Numbered from the stretch's first letter, positions 49,598 through 61,260 are shown. The stretch is 64,000 nt of DNA from Fistulifera solaris (GCA_030295235.1 AP026169.1:310001-374000), one strand, 5' to 3'. Notes: generated by a model from the sequence alone, not told the origin. Numbers and translations are program-made.

Positions 49598-51204
49598 ATG
49601 AATGGTGTTCAGCATGACGACGATGATGATGATGATACAAAACCAAGCCCGATGAATGCCGCAGAGATTATCCGCACAATAGATTCTGCTTACGCAAAAA
49701 TGAGTACAAATGTATTTAGCGCTGCCCGCGATGCCGAAGAAGCGCGTGAGAACGCAAGAGTAGCTTCAGCGGTTGTTCGAAGGTATGCTTCCGCATCTCG
49801 AGCACCCTCCACACCGGCACCTCCATCGCCTCCATCACGATCTCCCATAATACATCCACCTAGCCAACAACAAAACAAGCATCCACCACCCAAAGTAGTA
49901 TTTGGTAGAAAGAATAGGCCACCGCCGCCTCCGCCACCACCCCGAATACAACCCAACAAAAAAAGCAATCAACGCCGAGTGCCTGGAGGGTCAAGGGAGT
50001 ATTTCGTATGAAAATTTGTCCACTGATAAGAGGCCGATGGAGTCGGCTCCACGAACTCCCATCGGTAGTTATACACCGACGGAGCGGCTGAGCAATGCCA
50101 ATGCCGAAGAGATGTTAGCGCTTTCTCTAGAATTGGAAAGGACGAAGCAAATGCTCGAACACGAAAAAACGATTCACGAAGATACAAAAACGGCACTGGA
50201 GCATTCCGAAGAGAAAAATGGTAAATTGCAGCATGAAATTGAAAAATTGTTAAATGAACTGGAGACACAACGGCAGAATTATGGATTGGAGGTCGAGTCA
50301 CTGGAGCGCGATCTAGAAAAGTCTCGTCGTCGAGTTCAAGCCGCCGAAGAAGATGCTGAGGTAGCGTTAGATCTGGCGAAAGGGAATTCGGAAAGTAGAG
50401 AGCAACTGGAGGCTTGGCTACAACGGGCTTTTTATGAGATTGAAACGTTACGAGAGCGCTTACTGTTAACCGACGGAAAGCGCGAAGACATCAATGGAAC
50501 AGCCCAACCATCCGTTTCACCAGGGCTGGAAGCTTTGCATCATGCTCCCAAAAATATCAAGTCACAATCCCAGCAACGCGTGGTTCGTTTTGCCGACGAC
50601 GAGGACTCATCAGAGATGGTTCCATTGCCCTCGCGGCCTTCACGCAAATTAGTCGCCGCTGGACGACAAATTCTGCAACGATCTTTGGCACCTCCAAAGG
50701 ATGCCTCACCGATTCATCGAGTAGTACCTCCGGAACTTTCTGCAGATCGTCTGCGTCAGCTACGATCGCGTCTGACAACGATGAGTGTGTCGCAATCGCT
50801 TCCTCCTCCGCCTCCAGGGCTTGGGCCGATGCGCAAAGAAGAGCTTGTAGCTAAAGTGCAAGCAATCGATGTTTGTCGCAATACTGCTCGGATATTGAGA
50901 CAGAGCGGGAAAAAATTACAATTTACAGGAAAATGCTTTGATGCTGGAGTAAGTTTTGACGTTGCAGATGACTTTCATCTGGAGACACTGGCAAGACAAT
51001 ACTGCGCAGCTGCGGAGGTGAGTTGATGATATTAGTGTGGACATGCCGGATTGGTCCCAGTTTTCTTACTTAATTTCATATTTTTTTATTACTCAGGTAT
51101 CAATCGATAACCAGAGGAAAGAAATTTTAGGATTAACATCGCTCGTTTCATTATGGGAGCAAAGTTTGCCATCTGATACAAAGTCAATACATCCTCGGGA
51201 ATAG
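49598..51204 (+). CDS. Hypothetical coiled-coil, proline-rich protein (frameshift ~49960; intron ~51018-51096)
   Basis: ORFs 49598-50011 and 49902-51026 are joinable and contain a long coiled coil. A terminal exon at 51097-51204 follows a GT-AG intron. Confidence 0.65.
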
Positions 51205-53018
51205 AGAAGGAAATTATTTTGTTGCATTTGTGGCGATGCAAGTTCTGTTGGGACGGACTGTAAAATGAAGAAAAGGACGGACTACCGTATCGTGGGGATA
51301 CATCCTTGAGACGCCTCACGCGTATCCACGGAGGATAGATAGGATCCATGGTCACTTTTTCAAAAATATTGATTACCTTTCCTTTTGATAAAAATTGAAG
51401 GCTTGGGGTCAGCAATGCCATGGCAACTCAATGTCAATTTCGGTAATAAGTGGATCTTCGCCAGAAGCTTCCTGCTTCGTTAGCATATTTGGAGCCTGCC
51501 AATCACTGATCTCGACATACCGCGGCACTAGGACATCAGACCTTCCGAACTAAAGTTTACATTCATATGCAGCTAGCCTAAATGAGGCGGTACTGCGTTG
51601 CGACGTTATCTTGTTGTGGTGCTGTAAACAGCTGTAGAAAGGGATAGTAAGACGGTAGTCACAGCAAATCAAGCATCGATTAAAAAACAGCCTCGGGCGT
51701 ATATCAGTTTGAAGGTCTGGGACTAAATAGTCGGACCATTGACAAGCTTTCCCTTGACGCCTAGGTCAACGTTGAGGTGCTTCCTCGAAGCGATTTAGCA
51801 CCAAATAAAAATATTCTTCTTTGAAGTGGAGTAGTAAGTAGTAAGGACTTTGTGCTTATTAAACGGGAATGAAATCATTTTGAGTCGTCGGCCTTTTTCA
51901 AGCCAAGGGCTAACCGCGTAGCTTTGATTCTTGAGTCGTAATACGGAGTAAGGATTACGGTACTGGGGTAACAGATTCAATTGAAACACGTCCGTGCTTC
52001 GAATCCGACGCCAGCAGACAAATAATAGGAAAAAACCTCAACTTCAATACTTCGTAAGGACCATTTTTAAAGCGACGCAAAGTGAAGACAAGGAGACGAC
52101 AAAAAAGACAATTAAGAACTAACAAAATCGATCAAAAGTCGTTTTCATCTCTCTCTCCTCCGGTAAATTTGAGAGGTAGACAGGTATAGATAGTAGATAT
52201 AGAGGCTCGCCCTTGAGTGACTGGAGACCAAAACCCAGGAGAACGAGGAGTTTTATTAGGAAAATAACATTCCCCTAATATTCATTCCTTGTTTCCTAAA
52301 GTCAAAATGCAATTTTGACAATCGATTTCTTTTGTTTTCTAGCTACTAGATTCGTACCTTTGTATGTCGTGAAACCAAATCTACTTGTACATGTATCTGC
52401 TTCATTGGCAATTAGCACGCAAAAGCATCCAAGCCCTACCAGGTAGTACAGGAGAGAGAGAGAGAGCTAAGAGCTAGCTTACCACTTACCACGACCTCCG
52501 TAAGAGTAAGACAAGAGAGGGCTACAGTTTTGGCTCAAATTTCAAATTTCAAACCAACAGAAGTTGGATCTTATCAAAGGTTGGATTTTGTAAGGATGTC
52601 TTTTCCGTTGAAGTCTAGTCCTCACACGGGAATGTGTGTCTACTTTGTACAAAGAATGTGCTACGTAGAGCAAAATTTGGCTAGTTTAAGAAAAAAAAAA
52701 GATTACCGGTGTAACGATTAATTTTACTTAAAGACTGGGTACCGATGCGCATGAGTGAGAGACGAGCTAGGATGGTCATGAGTCAATTTAAACTCCGTGT
52801 AGGAATTTCATGTTGTTGTGTCATCGGGAGCTTTTTTTTTCAGAACATATAATGAATGATGATGATAGTTGTTGAGTGAAAGTATTCTCCTTTGGAGTAG
52901 TTTGTCGACTTCCGGTCGTTATCACCTCTAATACCTGGGAGACACGGGAACGCACCACTGCTTGGTACATTTCTCTACGGGGGCCTACGTGATTGTACAC
53001 TTTTTCCGGCACCTTGCT

Positions 53019-53054
53019 GGTACCGGTACCGGTACGGTACGGTACCGATACCGG
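53019..53054. repeat. (GGTAC/GGTACC)n palindromic tandem repeat
   Basis: GGTACCGGTACCGGTACGGTACGGTACCGATACCGG read directly. Shorter copies at 28176-28189, 35614-35629 and 55196-55218. Confidence 0.85.
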
Positions 53055-53066
53055 GAGGACGGAAAG

Positions 53067-53168
53067 CACCACGTGGTGGCTGGTGGCGTCCAAGTTGACG
53101 TCACAATTGACAGGCTTCACAAAAAAAACAAAAGCGCTCGGACACGAAGCGCGTGCTCAACACGTGCC
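53067..53168 (+). promoter_or_regulatory. Putative iron/bZIP/bHLH-responsive promoter module of the first FEA1/ISIP2a-like gene
   Basis: Palindrome CACCACGTGGTG (53067-53078), TGACGTCA (53096-53103) and ACACGTGCC (53160-53168), lying about 270-365 bp upstream of ATG 53432. Confidence 0.5.
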
Positions 53169-53431
53169 ACCGCATGCGACGAAGCCTCGACGGACCGTCT
53201 GTACGCCCTCCCAAGCGTCGGCGATGAACAAGATCCACGAAAAACTTCATCGGCATTTTTTGGACGCGAGGATGCGCGTGTTCACGGGATGTTGACAGAT
53301 CTTTTTTGTTGACGGATTTGCGTTCTCTTGTCAACAAGGCTGAGAGCTCGTTGCACGCACTGATGTCATAAATTGCATTTACCTCTCGCAGGCTGCACAA
53401 TTTTTACTTGTGAAAACTTGAACAATCCATC

Positions 53432-55065
53432 ATGTTGTTAACCTCGATTGCCCTTGCAGCTTTGCTTGTTGGCTGCGAAGCCAAGATTGGAGCTCGTAAG
53501 CTCTCTTACCAAAAGATCTACAAGTTCACACCCAAGACGCAGGTTACGGATCATGTAAGTTTCGGCGACCTTGCTGTTCTTCATCATACTGTCGTTAGTA
53601 CGACTCATTTTATACTTTATGACCTTATTTGATCAGGCTGCCATTGATCTGGATCAGCAAGAAATTGAGACTTTGTTGACCGACCAGTATCTTTGGTCCG
53701 CTGCCCAAGCTGTTTACGAAAATGGTGCTCACTCCAAGTCGTATGCCGAAGTCACTCTTTCGACGCCCTTGACCACCACTATGGCAGCAGATGTCGAGAT
53801 TTCGGGAGTTGCCTTAGATGGTACCACTGTGAACGGAAAGATTATGGAGGAAGCTGCCAGTGGATCGTCGGTCATCAAAGTTCAGTACGCGACTTCGGAT
53901 AAGCAAGAAAAGTATGTTGGATGCCAGGTTGGAGGAAGCTCGGAGCCTGTAACAACTGGATGTAAGGTGTCGCCATTCGTTTGCTCGACCTTTCTTTTAC
54001 ATGTAACATGTTCTGACGACTGTTTCTCTTTCAGGCTTCGCCGACACTGGATCGCTCTCCATGTCGGGAACCACCCTTGACTACACTGCTGTCGCCAACA
54101 AAAACGCCCGAACCATCAGGGGTTTCAGCACCAACGACGCGAGACACCGTGTTGAAAGCAACCCGGATCAGGCGTATTACAAGGACATGCAAATGTTCGT
54201 TGACTACTACGGATCCTCCGACTACGCCGACAAGTGGATCATGGCTGCCCTTGCCAACGGATCCACCGGATACTCTGGACTTGGTGAAACCAACTTCTCT
54301 ACCCTCGATGACACTGGTCGAAAAGAAGCCGTCGTCAAGGGAACTGTCTTCCTTGCTATCTTCATGTACGTCATCCGCGAGCTTGAGGACGCCATCGATG
54401 ACTGCGTCGTTCAGTGCGATGCCGATACCTGCAACGACGATCCCGTGCATGCATTGGATGAGGCAGTTGCTTTCTACACTGGATCCCTCCACCTTACTGA
54501 AGGATCGGACGGCAACCTTCTTTTTTCTTTGGCTGAAAAGCGTTGTGAGAACTTCCTAACCTGCGAAAACGGAGAAGCCGCTGTCAACAACAGATTGTTT
54601 GTTCTATTTAACCGCATGCAGAACCTTTTGCAGCAAGGAAAATGCGAGGAAGCCGCCACTGTCGTTTCAGATATCACCAACATCATGTACGTCCCCATGA
54701 TTCAGGGAGCTTTCCGTTACGCCTACAAGAGTGGTGAGCAGGATGATCAGACTCCCAAGTCGGAAGCTGAGGGAGCTACTTTCGCCGCCGCCGTCCTTCC
54801 CAAAGTCCACAAGTGCAATGCCGCCGACGCGCAACTTATCTACGACAACATGAAGGTTGGTAACACCGAGCCCGTGGACTGGCCTGCCGTCAAGAGCGCC
54901 TTTGAGCGAAACTACCGATGCATGGGTATCACTTGTGCCGATGTTGGTGGTCAGAGCGATGGAGAACTCTATTTTGAAGGAGCCGGTCCCTGCAGTTCCA
55001 GCTTCATGACCTATGTCGGCCTAGCTCTTGGTCTTGCCGCTGCTTCTCTTATAGCCTTCTTCTAA
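53432..55065 (+). CDS. ISIP2A: FEA1-domain / ISIP2a (phytotransferrin)-like iron-binding surface protein, paralog 1 (introns 53555-53636, 53962-54034); GPI-like C-terminus
   Basis: Signal peptide, RKL propeptide, TQVTDH/AAIDLDQ, YADKWIMAAL, MYVIRELEDAIDDC, VHALDEAVAFYTGSL and YRCMGITCADVGG. Ends in a hydrophobic tail. Exact orthology to ISIP2a is not established. Confidence 0.82.
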
Positions 55066-55930
55066 AGCATACATGTCAATAAATAAATGAATGTAGTAGA
55101 GAAACAGTGATTTGCTAATCCCATTGTTAGTCTGTATTAACTCGTCGAGACGTGTAGTTTGCTACAAGCGTGAATTCAAAAGAAGCACACCTGATACGGT
55201 ACCTGGTACCGGTACCGTTTTCTGGCAAATCATTGATTTTGACTAAGTGTACACGCGACCTTTCCAAACAGACACGGAGTACATTTCAGTCACGAGACAC
55301 TATTTTTCAAGACAGACGGCTACCTAACCTCTGTTTATTCTGCTCGACCGGTACACAACATTTGTCTTTATTACAGTGTATCTTCCTTTAACTGCCTTTG
55401 CAATGCACAAATCTCAAATCTATTTCTTACCTCGGAAATCCAGGCCATCCTTATCCTTGTACTCGGAGTAATTAATATGGACCCACTGTGTATGCGACCT
55501 TTGGCCACGACTGCGTTTCAGTCATGAATCGTGATGTCAATACCGACCGCTCTACTGGTACAGACCCATGAGTCACCTCAACTCGGTGTGCTAACTTGGC
55601 AGGCTACATTTTCTTTGTCACTATTCATGATGAATTAATAGTGGTCCAACGTTTAGATAACCACATACTCACGTGTAAAACCTTGTCAAAAAATACTAGC
55701 CGCATGAGTATCCCTAATCCTATTCGCGATTCGCTCTATATCTCTGTCAACCACAATCAACCATAAAGTTTGATAGAATGACCGTCACAAATTACGCACT
55801 ATGATCTTAAAAGTCTACAAGGGTGCAAAAGAGTCATTGCACTTTCCCATCGAGCCACCATAAAACATGCACCCAAATAGAATAATACGAGCAGGGAACA
55901 AAGACATTGCGATCAAAAGGAGAAACAACC

Positions 55931-57805
55931 ATGGCAGAGAATGATCGTCAACTATTTTCACTGAGTCAAGAGACTCTGGAAGTCCCTTTATATGAACCGA
56001 CTTTCAACTGGGCCAACGCGGTGAGTCCGAAAACGGCTTTTGCATCCCGATGCTGTTCTTGTTTTCGCTGATTTTAGTTCTCTCTCTTTCTTCAGATGAC
56101 TATCGATTTAGATATAGCCAAAATGAGTGAGCTCATGGCAAAGGGAACATTCGATGACTTTATGAAAGCGAAGCAAGTGTATGAGTTCGGTGCTTTTGCG
56201 TGGCCTTATGCGGAAATGCAAATTGACGGTGGTTCACCGGTCGAAGTGAAAAAAGGAACACCGGTGACGGGCTATACGATGCTGAATGATCCGGTTCATG
56301 GTTACGTGTTAGAGCATGTCAAACCACGACAAGGAAAATTTAAAATTGAATACGACATTGATAGTTTGTCGAAGCAATCGGCGACTTCGCAATGTTCCGT
56401 GGGAGGGAATCCAAATCCAAACTTCCGCAATTGTAAGTAATGCCGTGAAGGGACACAGCCAGTTAAAAAGAAAGTTCTAACCCACGACACACGCTCATGT
56501 AGGCTTTACAGAAAAAGGAGCTATACGGGTAGATGGAATTAAGGAACCCTTGCATTACGAATACAACAAAGAAGTGGATAACCGAAACTTTCGCACCATT
56601 CAACGTTTAAGTACACTAGCAGGCTCGAAAATGAAGATGTGTGCCAACTGTCAGTATTTTCACGACTTTAAGAAAGCCAACGACTATTTTCAACTTCCGT
56701 CGTATGCGGACGCGTGGATTACAGCGGCCCTGACGGGGACAGCGGTAGAAATTCCCGAAGGAGGAAGAGGAGGTGCTGATTTTTCGACCTTCAGTTTCAG
56801 TTCACGCGCTCGTAAGTACAGAAAACTCATTTGTTGAAGTGATTAGTAGCTGAAAGAAGCAGTACTAACGATCAACGTATTCGATTTACAGACGCGGTGG
56901 AATACGCCGCATCCTACATGGCAGTCACCCAATTTGTTCTCCGAGAGATGGAAGAAGCTTTCTATACGTGCCAAGCTGACTGCGACAATGGCACGAAGTG
57001 TTTCGAAACCGCTTTGCATCATGTAGACACGGCCGTGGCATTCTACACAGGCTCTCTCGTCCACACCAAGGGCGAAGACAAAGGGATACTATTGTATTCC
57101 CTAGCCAATCGAATGTGCACGAAATTCAAAACTTGCGGAAAGAACGGAAACAGCAATTACGGCACATCCGTTGTGAACAAACAAATCTTTGAGGAGTTCC
57201 ACAAATCGCAACAAGCAGCATTGCATGACCAATGTCCAACTGTTCGACAGGCGAAGGAGGCGATTGCTCATAAGATTAATGTTCCCTTGATTCAGGCTAC
57301 TTTGGAAGCTGCGTACAAACGCGATTCAATCACGGGAAAGGATAGTTCCCAAGAAGAAGAAGAAGAAGCGATTGGCGCCACCCTGGCAGCAACGGTCGAG
57401 CCGCTAGTCGCTGCTTGTAATCAAGCGGATTCCCAACTTATCCATGACAATCTCAAAACGGGAGCGGATAGTACGTCGTTTCTCGACGTAAAGAGGGCAT
57501 TGGAGAGAAATTACAAATGTATGGGTGTTACGTGCGAGATGATCGGTGCTTTACACAACAGCAGGACGGGGAAGCCGTATCCAGGTGCGGAAGCGTGTGT
57601 AACGCCCAGCGAAATGAAGGAAAAGCTGAAAACACATTTGCCGTGGGCTAGTATCACCTTCGTGCTGCTTGTGATATTCTCTTGGTGGTCCTACAAAAAG
57701 ATGCAAGCGAAGTGGAACGAGAGAAAGCGCCGTCTGAAGCGTATTGATGAAATGAATGACCTCTCAGATTCAGACGACGAAGACGAGCACATGATCTTTA
57801 CATAA
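55931..57805 (+). CDS. FEA1/ISIP2a-like paralog 2 (introns 56021-56095, 56433-56502, 56812-56891); TM plus acidic cytosolic tail; no visible signal peptide
   Basis: MTIDLD, YADAWITAAL, FVLREMEEA...C, HHVDTAVAFYTGSL and YKCMGVTCEMIG. TM LPWASITFVLLVIFSWWSY. Confidence 0.78.
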
Positions 57806-58624
57806 GTCACGAAGGACTCTCTAGTTTCCTGTGTAAGACACGGGTTTCTTACTTCGAATGGCAAGTTGTGTATCATTCCTTCATAAAACATCTACAAGTG
57901 ATATCTTTAGGTAGTTCTAGACTAAAACACTGCAAATAATATACTCTCTTGAACTACAATAAGGCAAATCCTAGAGTGAGTGAAACGTCGCGCACATTTG
58001 TCGATAGTTCGTCTCCTGGTAGCCCTAGACAATTATCTACTTTCTAGCTAGATAAGTGCATGTCGTGCTGGGTTACCAACGGGAATGAACCGTGCCCATC
58101 GCGCACTTCCCCAAGCCAATGCCTGTCAAACCGTAAAACGCACCTCTTTTTTTCGTTGGCAGCTAGACCTATCACGAATCACGACAGGCAATCAATTTTT
58201 AGACAAATGCACGTCAGAAACGGCAACTGAACTCAAGACCGAAGCGGGGGGCAATTTTGAAACAAGTGTGCGAGAACGAGTCACGCCCGAATTTCTTTGT
58301 ACAGTCATGTATCTCATCGGATCGGATCGTTGCTCGGAGACAGATATTTGGCAAAGGATTTCATGTACAATGTCACTCTTTGCGGGTTAGTTCATGGTAT
58401 TGAATCACCTAAGTAAGCTAAGACAAGAATTTTTCTCATCTAAGTAATTTTGGCAGACGCACAATAATTATGGCTTCATTTGTCTGAAAAGAGGGAGTAT
58501 CGTTCAAATGTATACGGCGGAACGACTCAACGGGGATCAACTGAAGAGTTTTTCATTTTCTTTTGCCTGCACTTCTTTTTCTCTTCAGAAACATCTTTAC
58601 CTTTTCATCATTGCTTTATAAACT

Positions 58625-60526
58625 ATGAAGATTATAGCTTCTCTACTATTAGGCTCTTTGACGTTGGCTCACGCTAGTCAAGCAGGACAAAGGCGTCTTG
58701 AGAAGGTACGTTTCGTGGGTGACCAACGACGCACTGTGGGGATCCTATCTTCTCACAACACCATTCTCTCAAAAGAGTACGCTGGCTGGATATCAACCCC
58801 AAACCCAAATTACAAATGAAGCTGCGCTGGATCTGGATCAGCAGATTCTAGAGGAACGCGCGGGTGTTGCCGATTTCGATCATGCGCAGAGGATCTACTC
58901 GAACGGAGGTCACTCGGGCAGTTTCGCTCTCATCACGCTCATTGCTCCCCCGGACAACAAATCCTACAAAGCTGGCACTACCGTCATGGGTTTCACGGAA
59001 CGAGGCAGCGATTTGATCGCCTCTTTGAAAGAAGACACCGAATGGGGAGTTGTCAACGGCGGAAACGTCACTATTGAAGTGCTGTATACCGTGTCGGACG
59101 AGCAGTCGCACCATGTGGACTGTATGGTGGGAGACTTGTTTGCCTTGGAAGCAGCGTATCGTGTCGGATGTAAGTAACAGAATCCGGCGGAAGGTCTTGA
59201 ATGTACCAGCGCTACAAAATATAGCTCATATTATTTTCTCTTTCAGGCTTGAAACCCTCGGGAGAAATCGAAATCATCCCCGTGACACCCTCCCAGACCA
59301 TCGACAAATTCACATACGAATACGACGCACGACTTGATAACATCAACTGGTTGACATTGCAAAGTCTCAGCACAAACGCCGAAACAACTATGAGAAGCTT
59401 GTCGGGTAGCTATTATAGTGACTTTCAAAAGTTTGTTGAATTTTACGGCGATACCAATTATGCCGACAAATGGGTTCTAGGAGCTGCCAATGGTGAAGAT
59501 ACTGCTTTTAGCAAGAACCGTGGAAACGCCAACTTCTCGGCCTTGTGGCACACGGGTGGTGGAAAAGGACGCGTCGAAGCGATGACTCATGGTGTCTGGT
59601 TGTTGAACGTATGGATGTATGTGATCCGCCAGATGGAGTATGCCATTGATTTGTGCAGTGTGGAGTGCACCGAAGCTACCAAGGATGCCTGCGAAGACCA
59701 TGCAGTCGCCGAATGGGACAAGGCGGTGGCGTATTATGCTGGGTCGTTGGCGGGTGAGAACGGTGATGGACACGGTGTTTTCCCCTACGCGTACGCCAAC
59801 ACCCGCGCCAAGGAATTCAAGACGACTGGATACAACAGTGACGACGTTTCTGGAGCATCCTATGTCAACTTGGAAGCCATCTATCTATTCCAGCGGGGAC
59901 AGGGCATTCTCATGGAAGACATTGGATCGGCCAGCCGTTGCGATTCGGCTAAGAATATCAAGAACTCGATCACCAATCTCATGAAAGTTCCGTTGATTCA
60001 GTCAATCTACCGCTTTGCGTGGATGCGTGAGTTTCAGACTAATTTTGATGAAAAGCACCAAGCAACTGCAGCAACGTACGCTGCTGCTCTCTTACCCTAC
60101 GTTCATGAATGCAAAGCCTCCGATTCTTCCTTCCTTTACGATCATATGAAAATCGGTGCCCATGCTGATAATGCCGAGGGTAGTTTCGCCAAAATTAAGT
60201 CTAAATTGGAGGGAATCTACGACTGTCTTGGTGTAACGTGCTCACAAATTGGTGGAATTTACGCGGACGGTGAATACGCGGAAGGTGCCGAACCTTGCAA
60301 GGATGGGTCGTTCGTGATTGACCGCACTCCGGAAGGAATGCGACAAAGTGAGGGTGCCCCACAAAATGACCGAAACCCAGTCGTCACTTTGGGAGCTATC
60401 GTTGCTGTATTCGCCTTGCTAGGACTGGCGGGTGTCGTCTATTTACGCCGGAAAGCACCCAAGGAAATCGAAGATACCAAGAATATTGCGGCAGTAACCG
60501 CCATTTCTGATGTCGATTTGGCGTAA
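58625..60526 (+). CDS. FEA1/ISIP2a-like paralog 3 (introns 58706-58775, 59170-59246); signal peptide, TM plus short cytosolic tail
   Basis: MKIIASLLLGSLTLAHA, RRL, GYQPQTQITNEAALDLDQ, YADKWVLGAA, MYVIRQMEYAIDLC, WDKAVAYYAGSL and YDCLGVTCSQIGG. TM VVTLGAIVAVFALLGLAGVVYL. Confidence 0.82.
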
Positions 60527-61260
60527 CCCTTGATATTGTGCTCTGAGGATGTCAGCGAGCCTCTCAGGTAACAGTTCACTTCTATGGATGACAAAAGCCT
60601 TTGTTGAATGAAGTCTCTTATGCATACCGTAAATTTTTTCATTTTTTTTTACAAAAATTTTCATTGAGAAAATAGCTTACACAACATGTCGAAAGCTACA
60701 GATCGAACACAAACACTGCAACAAAATACATCAATGCTTACGGTGTGATGAAGTCGAGGTACCCCTACCGGTGCCTTATTATACCCAGAGAAGATAAGAA
60801 GTTCACGATCGCCCTAGGTATAACCTTGCCTTTTACGTGATACGGAGTAATAAACCTTAAAAGTAGAAAAGTCGGTCCTTTCGTGACTCGATAGTAGAAC
60901 ATCCCCCAAAGTACGTTTTGGTTCCCAGTCACTACTATGCGCGGTCACAATAATGGTCCCAATTATAACTCCACAACAACATTTCCGCGTCGCGCGGTCA
61001 TGGGATGCTTTGCTATTTTTCTGTTTCACTCCTTTTGCATCCCATCACTGCGAAAATTGCCATTGGAAAGCAAAATTGCTTCTGGTGACGAGTCGGCACA
61101 CAAGTCGATGTTATATGCAAAGAGTCCGCTGGGTGGATATTGAATTTAAGATTTTGTAACGCTTCGAACGGTTCGCTTCTTCATCGCGCAAAGGAATTCA
61201 CGCACCTAAAAGGTTGACCGTCTACTTCTTCAGCAAGAAAATTCTTGGAACCAGAAAGCT

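Noticed and set aside
51089..51989. Short minus-strand ORFs (110 aa and 64 aa)
   Set aside because: They have no recognisable domain, and one overlaps the terminal exon of the upstream plus-strand gene.
53019..53054. GGTACC array as a CRISPR or telomeric repeat
   Set aside because: There are no spacers or cas genes, the array is very short and internal, and it does not resemble TTAGGG-type telomere units.
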